From NCBI GenBank assembly GCA_025881525.1, contig GCA_025881525.1_4849.1: a stretch of DNA of 24,537 nt; one strand, 5' to 3'. Numbering within the stretch: position 1 is the first letter of the stretch; every line of letters begins with the position of its first letter. Of this stretch, positions 18,171 through 24,537 are shown piece after piece. The DNA comes from a phage. The position numbers and the translations under genes were made by a program. The notes under the pieces were generated by a model that made no database searches, was not told the DNA's origin, and saw only the letters and a program-made list of their open reading frames with translations.

Positions 18171-18958
18171 CTAATTTCACCGTAAACCATGTACTGTAAC
18201 ATGTAACAAAACTCCCATTCCGTCATATCTGTCCGTAGCCACTTCCTGTTCTTCTTGTAATTGTACTCCGCCGGCTCCGCTTTTAAATTGTGAAGAGCAT
18301 TAACCAGTTCTGGATATACGAGGTTATTCTTAACAAACCAGTTGACAGATAAAATATGGTCAATATGCCAATTATTGCGGTCATCAAAACTCATCCATGG
18401 AAGCATGGTTGATTTTATATGCTTAATGAAATCATCCTTTGAGTACCCGAGAACATCATCTACCGTTCTATCAAGCGCAATGTCAGATACTCTCATATCA
18501 AGCCGCTCAAGCATTTTTCTTAGGAACACGTGGTGTGGGTGCTTCTTTTGCCATTGCCTGACATTATCCAGAGCCTTTTTATTGCCTTTCTCTGAGTAGT
18601 ACCATCTGCGATAAGCTTCCCTTTTCTTTTGTAAAAACTCCTCCTTTTTCTCTGGATTCTCGTTAAGCCTTTGCATCTTCCTTTTGTTGTACTCCTGTTG
18701 TGATTGTTTTCTTTTCTTTTTGTACTCGCTGTTATCCTTGTTTTTCTGCCACTCCTTTTTTCTGTACTCACTTTCCTTGCGTTTGCGCTCCTCTGTTGTT
18801 CTCTGCTTCCTTGTTCTTTCGTATACGCAATGCTTGCACCCACATGATGCCGTAAAAAACACAGTTCCACCACATACAGAGCATGGGACCCATTCACATA
18901 TAAATTGCTTCAATCCAGCAACTCTTGCTTCTCGCGCGGCTTCTTTTCTTGTTTTCAT
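18152..18958 (-). CDS. HNH homing endonuclease with N-terminal Cys cluster and long Lys/Arg/Glu-rich linker
   Basis: C-terminal NWHIDHILSVNWF...N motif; N-terminal CEWVPCSVCGG...CGCKHC; AT-rich coding region; opposite strand to flanking structural genes; ATG 18958 preferred over GTG 18967. Confidence 0.8.
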   Translation of the reverse strand: MKTRKEAAREARVAGLKQFICEWVPCSVCGGTVFFTASCGCKHCVYERTRKQRTTEERKRKESEYRKKEWQKNKDNSEYKKKRKQSQQEYNKRKMQRLNENPEKKEEFLQKKREAYRRWYYSEKGNKKALDNVRQWQKKHPHHVFLRKMLERLDMRVSDIALDRTVDDVLGYSKDDFIKHIKSTMLPWMSFDDRNNWHIDHILSVNWFVKNNLVYPELVNALHNLKAEPAEYNYKKNRKWLRTDMTEWEFCYMLQYMVYGEIRYKEGG

Positions 18959-19045
18959 AAAAGTCACTCCTAATTTGGTTCTATATTACTACAGGTGTAA
19001 TGAGTGTGCTACAATTGACCTGCATTAACTCATGAGGATATTTAA

Positions 19046-19243
19046 ATGGCTAAATACGAAGTCATCGCACGCGGAATCTTTGTTAAAGAGAAAGGCAAGA
19101 TTCGTGAATTGCAGCTTGGCGAGGTGATTACCGAACCAGATGAGCATCTGCTGCCAAAACTGCGCGTTATGCCAGAACTGGAAAAGTCTTTCGAAGTCGC
19201 AACCCCGCAAGAAAAGACGACAAAGAGAAAGAAAGCAGAGTAA
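19046..19243 (+). CDS. hypothetical protein (65 aa)
   Basis: GAGGA RBS; immediately followed by terminator. Confidence 0.5.
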   Translation: MAKYEVIARGIFVKEKGKIRELQLGEVITEPDEHLLPKLRVMPELEKSFEVATPQEKTTKRKKAE

Positions 19244-19244
19244 A

Positions 19245-19272
19245 CTGAACCCGCATAATGCGGGTTTTTTAT
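19245..19272 (+). terminator. Rho-independent terminator (CCCGC-ataat-GCGGG followed by TTTTTT)
   Basis: Read directly. Confidence 0.65.
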
Positions 19273-19283
19273 TGGGGGTTTCT

Positions 19284-20102
19284 ATGGCTGTCAGGTACGA
19301 AATAAACACAACTCCGGCTGATGGAGAGGTTTTGCTTAGCGAAACCATGTCAGCAGACTGGTCAGCACTGCAGGTACAGATTGTGCCGCTAAATTCTTCC
19401 GGTGGCTATGAGCCATTAACAAGCGGAACCGTGTCCGTGAAGGTGTCGCCATTTGAATCTGGCAACTACTGGATTGACGTCAACAATAATAATTATTATG
19501 GCGTGGCGCTGCGACTGAAGGTGATCAAGTCACAGATACCTGCTGGCATTGCATCTCTGAAAGTCCTGGTATGGCGAACTGCTACATCAGTACCATCAAG
19601 TCAGGTTGTCGCGCAGTCCTATGCAGAGTTTGCCAACAAGCAAGGCAAGCTGTTCACTGCGTCTCGCAGAGTAACTGATGTTGCTGGCGGAGCCAGCCTT
19701 GACAGCATATTTATCACCGGAACAAAGCAGGTGATATTCAACCAGCGCATTATTGGTTACACAGGGAAAGGTGTTGTTGCATCAATCTATCGCGGTGCTG
19801 TTGCCACTGGTGGCACGGCGGCAGAGATTAACAACCCAAACGACATAACGCCACAGGCAGCCACTGCGCAGTTAATTACTGGCGCCACCGTGACAAACAT
19901 CGGGCAGCTGACGGTAGCAGCAACATACAGTGAGGGAAACGCATCGAATCAGGGGCAGGGTAACTCTCAGGCGAAGCTCGGCGAGCAGATTATCATGGCA
20001 CCAAATACGACGTATTTGCTTCGCATAACATCACTGGATACTGCGGTGCAGAATATCAATGCGTACGTTTCATGGTTTGAGGATGATACTTATCTGGCGT
20101 GA
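19284..20102 (+). CDS. hypothetical protein, Ala/Thr/Gly/Ser-rich (272 aa), possibly structural
   Basis: ATG 19284 with GGGGGT RBS; track ORF 19140-20102 would read through the terminator, so the shorter form is preferred. Confidence 0.6.
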   Translation: MAVRYEINTTPADGEVLLSETMSADWSALQVQIVPLNSSGGYEPLTSGTVSVKVSPFESGNYWIDVNNNNYYGVALRLKVIKSQIPAGIASLKVLVWRTATSVPSSQVVAQSYAEFANKQGKLFTASRRVTDVAGGASLDSIFITGTKQVIFNQRIIGYTGKGVVASIYRGAVATGGTAAEINNPNDITPQAATAQLITGATVTNIGQLTVAATYSEGNASNQGQGNSQAKLGEQIIMAPNTTYLLRITSLDTAVQNINAYVSWFEDDTYLA

Positions 20103-20104
20103 TA

Positions 20105-20135
20105 AAAGAAAAGCCCCGTGAAGGGGCTTTTTATT
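20105..20135. terminator. bidirectional hairpin terminator (AGCCCC-gtgaa-GGGGCT) flanked by A-run and T-run
   Basis: Read directly; convergent genes on both sides. Confidence 0.65.
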
Positions 20136-20136
20136 G

Positions 20137-20673
20137 CTACAGACGCATCGGCATAACAACAATCTTCGCAGCCTCGCCAGTTGGCGCACTAAGGCAGCAA
20201 ACTGCGGCATTTGTATTTCCGTTTAGTTCAAACTTAACGCTGCAGAATTTAGGATTGAACAGCTTCGTGGCTTTCTCAATATCAACAAGGTAGCCAGCAT
20301 TGAAGCCAATTTCCTCTGCTGGCAAGGTCTGATTCGGAATGACGCGATCAATATCAGGGAATCGGCCATCAATCTCTTCGCAGATACCAGCACCAACCAT
20401 TACACCAGCTTCATGATGATACGTTGCAATTTTCGAATTTGTATCAATAATGGCGTAGTCATAGCGTTTTGTTGGAGATTTCCCAATCTTGATGATCGCA
20501 TTTTCTGTCAGCTTATTGTCATGGTTGCCACCAATAAATGCGCGATGACCGTCAGTTGATGCAATGCGACCATCAGGCATGAAGCAAATACCATTCAGGT
20601 AATATCGCACATCATTGCGCGCCTGAAATATTAACGCTGATTCAAGTAATAATTTGCTGATTTTTAGTTTCAT
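20137..20673 (-). CDS. truncated beta sliding clamp (DnaN) homolog: domain II plus C-terminal part of domain III, no domain I
   Basis: Blocks DVRYYLNG, TDGHR, DGRFPD..RV.P, EIGFN and C-terminal VVMPMRL match E. coli DnaN residues about 130-366 as recalled; 178 aa versus 366 aa. Confidence 0.75.
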   Translation of the reverse strand: MKLKISKLLLESALIFQARNDVRYYLNGICFMPDGRIASTDGHRAFIGGNHDNKLTENAIIKIGKSPTKRYDYAIIDTNSKIATYHHEAGVMVGAGICEEIDGRFPDIDRVIPNQTLPAEEIGFNAGYLVDIEKATKLFNPKFCSVKFELNGNTNAAVCCLSAPTGEAAKIVVMPMRL

Positions 20674-20846
20674 CACTTCATCTTAATCATATGTTGTTTT
20701 GCAACCTTCAGGCATTCTTCAAAAATGCCACCCTTCTTTGCGCTCTGGTGACGCTTGTAATACTTAATTGCCGCATCAATTGCCATCTGGTCGATATCTG
20801 GCAGCTTGGCGCGCAGCTGTTTTTCGATAAATTGTTCAGCGTTCAT
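20673..20846 (-). CDS. hypothetical small protein (57 aa)
   Basis: Fills gap in minus operon; ATGA overlap with downstream DnaN-like gene; below ORF-track cutoff. Confidence 0.35.
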   Translation of the reverse strand: MNAEQFIEKQLRAKLPDIDQMAIDAAIKYYKRHQSAKKGGIFEECLKVAKQHMIKMK

Positions 20847-21090
20847 GATTTATCTTCACCCATCCTTTGCTTGCACCGTGCGATAAGATAAGACCTTTCT
20901 TGCGCAACGCCTGAAGGCGACGATCAAGGACTCGAAATCCCTCATGTGGTTTTGTTGATAACTTTCTGCATACAGAATGAATACCGTTACCACCAATGCC
21001 GCCATAAAAGTGGATCTCAGCGAATGTTTTTGGCTTGTTAAAATCCAACGCATTCATAATCATTGCGTCGAGTTCTTCATACTTACTCAT
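20836..21090 (-). CDS. putative winged-helix DNA-binding protein (84 aa)
   Basis: C-terminal VLDRRLQALRKKGLI resembles winged-helix recognition region; pattern-based. Confidence 0.45.
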   Translation of the reverse strand: MSKYEELDAMIMNALDFNKPKTFAEIHFYGGIGGNGIHSVCRKLSTKPHEGFRVLDRRLQALRKKGLILSHGASKGWVKINHER

Positions 21091-21899
21091 TTCATCTTCT
21101 CCAGAATTGCCATAACTTCGTGAATGTCAGCAACAGGAATCTGAATAAATTCCTCATCCTCTGCCACCACATGACCAGCAGGTAGAATTACATGGTCGGC
21201 TGGCTTCAATAACTCAATCAGGCGGTCTACTGGCTTAATCTTTTTCGACTTCAGCACTTTGGCTGTGACCTTGTCCTTGCCTTGCGCTTTGGCTTCTTCG
21301 ACTGCCTCGTCGATAACTTTAACCGCATCATCGCCATGTTCACGCGTTACTGCTACGGCATTTGCATAGCTGATTTGTCCTGCACTGATGCGCGCTTTTA
21401 CTTCTGCTGGCACATCACCCAGCGACAGGTGCATTTGCACGTCAGATACTGAGCGGCCTACCTTCTTGGCGATTTCTTCATTTGTCCAGCCAAATCCTTT
21501 CAATCGCGTGTAAGCCTTTGCACGCTCAAACGGGTCAAGCTGCTTGCCCTGACTGGATGACACCATGAAGGCGATTTTGTCCGCCTCGTCGCCAGTGAAA
21601 TCCTTGCACTCAATGCGAACGATTGGTGCGCCGCGTTCAATGGCTCGTAGTGCACCAAGATAGCGATGCTGACCATCAAGAATGCGGATTCCTTTGTCGT
21701 CAGGGATAACTGTTAATGCTGGCAATGGCTGACCTGATTCCCAGCACTGAGCGAAATATTCAACGTGTTGCTCATCTGCTTCACGGATGTTATATCCCGG
21801 CTCCAGATAGATTCGCTCCACTGGCACGAGATAGGTTTTGTTAACAGCAATACCGTTGCGCGTTTCTTTGTCTGAATAGATTTTGCTTAGTGTTTTCAT
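21087..21899 (-). CDS. ParB-like nuclease-domain protein (ParB/Srx fold with DGQHR motif) plus HTH region
   Basis: IRILDGQHRYLGAL motif; downstream segment VQMHLSLGDVPAEVKARISAGQISYANAVAV resembles ParB HTH region. Confidence 0.75.
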   Translation of the reverse strand: MKTLSKIYSDKETRNGIAVNKTYLVPVERIYLEPGYNIREADEQHVEYFAQCWESGQPLPALTVIPDDKGIRILDGQHRYLGALRAIERGAPIVRIECKDFTGDEADKIAFMVSSSQGKQLDPFERAKAYTRLKGFGWTNEEIAKKVGRSVSDVQMHLSLGDVPAEVKARISAGQISYANAVAVTREHGDDAVKVIDEAVEEAKAQGKDKVTAKVLKSKKIKPVDRLIELLKPADHVILPAGHVVAEDEEFIQIPVADIHEVMAILEKMK

Positions 21900-22222
21900 T
21901 GTTTCTTTCCTAATGCTTTCTTGATAGATTCTTCAGCTAACAGCAATTCTTCTGGGTATTGCTCATTCCAGTTTTGTTTGTATGCCTTGCCAAGCATTTT
22001 TTGCAGAGCTTCAAGCAACTCAGGTGCTGCGGCTATTAACTTTGCATTTGCACGCGTTTCATCAGCCTCTCTGGCATGAACATTTTCATAAACAGGTGTT
22101 AATACATTTGCCACCTTATATCGATGACCAATAATTGCGCCTCTGATTCTGATGTATGGCTTATCTACTTCTTCTGGTAAAACCTGCCACGGACCTTTTG
22201 TACCTTTGAATTCATCTTTCAT
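21896..22222 (-). CDS. Ead/Ea22-like phage protein
   Basis: Motif ANAKLIAAAPELLEALQKM characteristic of Ead/Ea22-like proteins (from memory); ATG 22222 with GAGGTGAGTG RBS preferred over 22240. Confidence 0.5.
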   Translation of the reverse strand: MKDEFKGTKGPWQVLPEEVDKPYIRIRGAIIGHRYKVANVLTPVYENVHAREADETRANAKLIAAAPELLEALQKMLGKAYKQNWNEQYPEELLLAEESIKKALGKKQ

Positions 22223-22249
22223 ATCACTCACCTCTAACATTTATTGTTG

Positions 22250-22310
22250 TTTCTACGTCACTAACTATAAACACGCCATCAATCTACGTCAACAGGAATA
22301 TGCTAAAATC
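22250..22310. promoter_or_regulatory. divergent promoter region with two direct copies of TCTACGTCA (22252-22260, 22283-22291); minus: TTGACG-17-TATAGT; plus: extended -10 TGcTAAAAT (22301-22309)
   Basis: Read directly; 15-mer AATCTACGTCAACAG identical to the copy at 9806-9820. Confidence 0.45.
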
Positions 22311-22339
22311 ATGCTAATCAAACAACAGGAGATTTAAAC

Positions 22340-22459
22340 ATGGGTTCCACCAATTCGCCTTCTCGTTCACGCGCTACTGGCAACACCAAAACTGGCGGCA
22401 AAACTGGCGCTGTGAAGCCAAACGGCTCCACTCGTTCACCATCACGCGGTAAAAAATAA
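22340..22459 (+). CDS. hypothetical small basic Ser/Thr/Gly/Lys-rich peptide (39 aa)
   Basis: GGAG RBS 8 nt upstream; TAATG overlap with next gene; low complexity. Confidence 0.3.
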   Translation: MGSTNSPSRSRATGNTKTGGKTGAVKPNGSTRSPSRGKK

Positions 22460-22899
22460 TGTTCGGCGCAGACGTTGCCATCATGATCATGTATGTGCTT
22501 GGTTTCGCCTGCACTGGCATGGTTGCGTTTCTGGTGTTCATTCCGGCAATGGTGATGTCTGTGTATCTTGGATGGGTGCTTGTTGATTCATTTCCCGCCG
22601 AATATCTGTATTACCTTGCGCAGTCTATGGTCTGGTTGTTTCCGGCTATTGCGCTGCGCAAAAGTACAAAGATGGCGCTCTGCGTGCTGACGATGAGCCT
22701 TTACGAATGGCTGGTAGCGATAGAGTCATTCGTATGGGAATTTATCACGCCTGTAGAAACGCCGCTTCATGCGCAGTACGCATTTATTATTATCGGCATC
22801 CATCTGTTCATCCTTTCCATCACTTTTAAATGGGGCGGCGAAATTGGACATTATTCTTGGCGTGGTCGCCATTGTTTTTTCGCTGATTCAAATCTATAA
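22459..22899 (+). CDS. hypothetical polytopic membrane protein (146 aa)
   Basis: Several hydrophobic segments; possible frame problem near 3-prime end. Confidence 0.5.
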   Translation: MFGADVAIMIMYVLGFACTGMVAFLVFIPAMVMSVYLGWVLVDSFPAEYLYYLAQSMVWLFPAIALRKSTKMALCVLTMSLYEWLVAIESFVWEFITPVETPLHAQYAFIIIGIHLFILSITFKWGGEIGHYSWRGRHCFFADSNL

Positions 22900-22931
22900 G
22901 TGCTGGAAACATATCATCAGCGAGACACGCA

Positions 22932-23216
22932 ATGAACGGAGCACTAAGGCAAGTCGCAGAGCAGATTATAAGCGGAACGGCGGGACAGGTGATTGACAAG
23001 GCTGGATATGCTTCTATTGGCACTGGCATCGGCCTGAAAGTCGCAGAGCAAACACCTGTCACGCAATCTTATTTTGAGGCTATGATTCCACACAGCCTGA
23101 CAGAGTGGGCGGCAGTAGCATCAATACTTGGTGCGCTATCTCTGGTAATAAAGAACCTGTTTGAAATGTGGTGGAAGGTACGGGAGTCTAAAAAAAATGG
23201 CAGCACCAACACCTGA
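22932..23216 (+). CDS. hypothetical protein with C-terminal TM segment (94 aa)
   Basis: Hydrophobic AAVASILGALSLVI followed by basic tail. Confidence 0.45.
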   Translation: MNGALRQVAEQIISGTAGQVIDKAGYASIGTGIGLKVAEQTPVTQSYFEAMIPHSLTEWAAVASILGALSLVIKNLFEMWWKVRESKKNGSTNT

Positions 23217-23589
23217 AGAATTAGTAAGCCAGATGGCATCCCGTGGGATGACTATCACCACGACGGATGCGTCCGGTATTCTGTGCCTTGTGGCGTCAAT
23301 CAGCGAATGCCTTGAGCTGAACTATCCAAACGATGAATGCCGACAAAATGCGATCATGTTGTGGGCTTCCATCCTGATTAGCGCAAATACCGCTGGTCGC
23401 TACGTTACCAGCCAAAGCGCACCATCTGGAGCATCACAATCATTCGCGTATGGCAGTAAGCCGTGGGTGGCGCTGTACAATCAGATGAAACTACTGGATA
23501 CAGCAGGATGCACTGGTGATTTGGTGGAAGACCCTGACGGAAGCGGTAAGCCGTGGTTTGCTGTTGTGCGTGGGAGTAAGTGCAAATGA
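23197..23589 (+). CDS. putative head-tail connector/adaptor protein (130 aa)
   Basis: ATG 23197 with GGGAG RBS preferred over TTG 23161; position at start of late joining block; synteny only. Confidence 0.45.
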   Translation: MAAPTPEELVSQMASRGMTITTTDASGILCLVASISECLELNYPNDECRQNAIMLWASILISANTAGRYVTSQSAPSGASQSFAYGSKPWVALYNQMKLLDTAGCTGDLVEDPDGSGKPWFAVVRGSKCK

Positions 23590-23927
23590 CTTCGCTGGCT
23601 AACTGGAGCTACACGCAACCATGCACAATCTGGCACAAAAGCGGCACTGACAAGTACGGAAAGCCGACTTTTGGCGCACCAGTGAGCATCATGTGCGATT
23701 ATGGCTTTAACGATGATATATCGACCGATGCGAAAGGCAATGAGATTGTGCAGAAGAACACTTTCTGGACAGAATACACTGTCGCGAAGGTTGGTGATTA
23801 CATCATGATTGGCACAGTGACAGAAGTTGACCCGCTGGTGGCTGGCGCAAATCAGATTCTGAATGTGATTAATTACGGCAACACGTTAAATCGTGCTGAG
23901 CCGCCTGACTTTGCGCTGGTGACATGA
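23586..23927 (+). CDS. putative head-tail joining protein (113 aa)
   Basis: ATG 23586 with GGGAG RBS; ATGA overlap with upstream gene. Confidence 0.45.
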   Translation: MTSLANWSYTQPCTIWHKSGTDKYGKPTFGAPVSIMCDYGFNDDISTDAKGNEIVQKNTFWTEYTVAKVGDYIMIGTVTEVDPLVAGANQILNVINYGNTLNRAEPPDFALVT

Positions 23928-24325
23928 TGCCAGCGAAATTAAGGGGCGTCAGGCAGGCCGTAGAGAGAACCTCGCAAATCGTGGATGAGATAATCGCCAC
24001 GAAAGCGGTGCGTGCTCTGAAGTCAGCGACATACATCATCCGCACCGAATCAGCTACGTTGACGCCGATTGATACATCAACGCTGATTAACAGTCAGTTT
24101 GATACCGTGGAAGTTAGCGGAACTCGAATCACTGGCAAGGTTGGTTACTCTGCAAAATATGCGCTGTACGTCCACAATGCCAGCGGTAAACTTGCAGGTA
24201 AACCACGCAGCAACGGCAATGGCACGTATTGGAGTCCGGGAGGGGAACCACAATTCCTGACCAAAGCGGCGCAGCGCACAAAAGAACTTGTTGATAGCGC
24301 GATTAAGAAGGAGATGACACTCTAA
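23924..24325 (+). CDS. putative HK97 gp10-like head-tail joining / tail completion protein (133 aa)
   Basis: Size and motif GYSAKYALYVHNASG reminiscent of gp10-like family; tentative. Confidence 0.45.
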   Translation: MMPAKLRGVRQAVERTSQIVDEIIATKAVRALKSATYIIRTESATLTPIDTSTLINSQFDTVEVSGTRITGKVGYSAKYALYVHNASGKLAGKPRSNGNGTYWSPGGEPQFLTKAAQRTKELVDSAIKKEMTL

Positions 24326-24537
24326 TGAATATGCTTGAGCTGGTTGATGCATATCTTCAGGATGCCGGATTGTATGATGGCTGGACTTCGCAGTTGCAGT
24401 TCTGGAATGATACCGGAGATGGCAACGAGCAGTTTATTGTTCTGCAAACCAACGGCGGCACACAGGTGATGGATGGCCTCGGCGGTGACTTCTATTTCTC
24501 GCTGTATATTGTCGGCAAACATGGACAGTATAACGTG
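24325..24537 (+). CDS. hypothetical structural protein, 5-prime partial (runs off window end)
   Basis: ATG overlapping upstream stop (TAATG), GGAG RBS; 71 codons without stop to window end. Confidence 0.45.
   Translation, partial: MNMLELVDAYLQDAGLYDGWTSQLQFWNDTGDGNEQFIVLQTNGGTQVMDGLGGDFYFSLYIVGKHGQYNV

Noticed and set aside
17560-18180. 206-aa minus-strand ORF
   Set aside because: Antisense to the capsid-like gene and runs through the terminator hairpin; no RBS; likely a shadow ORF.
19140-19283. N-terminal extension of ORF 19140-20102 from the track
   Set aside because: Would read through the stop of the upstream gene region and the terminator hairpin at 19245-19272; ATG 19284 with RBS is the plausible start.
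22932-23216. Second holin in the late block (C-terminal TM plus basic tail)
   Set aside because: A lysis cassette with a holin-like gene already exists at 9862-11302, and this ORF sits among head-tail joining genes; membrane anchoring alone is insufficient to call a holin.

Overview
The window is a highly mosaic segment of a tailed dsDNA bacteriophage genome, probably of an enterobacterial host (judged from lambda R-like and E. coli DnaN-like protein similarities recalled from memory, not from a search). It contains at least eight transcription units on alternating strands, separated by hairpin terminators and promoter-like intergenic regions that share a recurring ATCTACGTCA motif. Order, left to right: an early-type block of small genes (194-2274); a putative small terminase, the large terminase (Walker A GGRGSGKT), a cassette of small genes ending in an AP2-HNH homing endonuclease, the portal and a Mu F-like head morphogenesis protein (2393-8260); a minus-strand accessory block (8272-9762); a lysis cassette with a GH24 lysozyme remnant, a lambda R-type endolysin, a holin-like protein and nested Rz/Rz1 spanins (9862-11302); a second minus-strand accessory block (11442-12492); a plus-strand block with a Lar-family anti-restriction-like protein and a tandem DNA-binding protein, leading into scaffold/protease-like, decoration-like and major-capsid-like genes (12597-18138); a second HNH endonuclease on the opposite strand (18152-18958); an isolated gene between two terminators (19284-20102); a minus-strand block with an Ead/Ea22-like protein, a ParB-like (DGQHR) protein, a winged-helix protein and a truncated beta sliding clamp (DnaN) homolog (20137-22222); and the start of a head-tail joining block (22340-24537, last gene partial). 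No rRNA, tRNA, CRISPR array, integrase or transposase was recognised. The most unusual element is the phage-encoded half-length DnaN-like protein. All homology calls come from reading the translations and must be confirmed by database searches; gene starts were refined by eye using RBS and overlap context.
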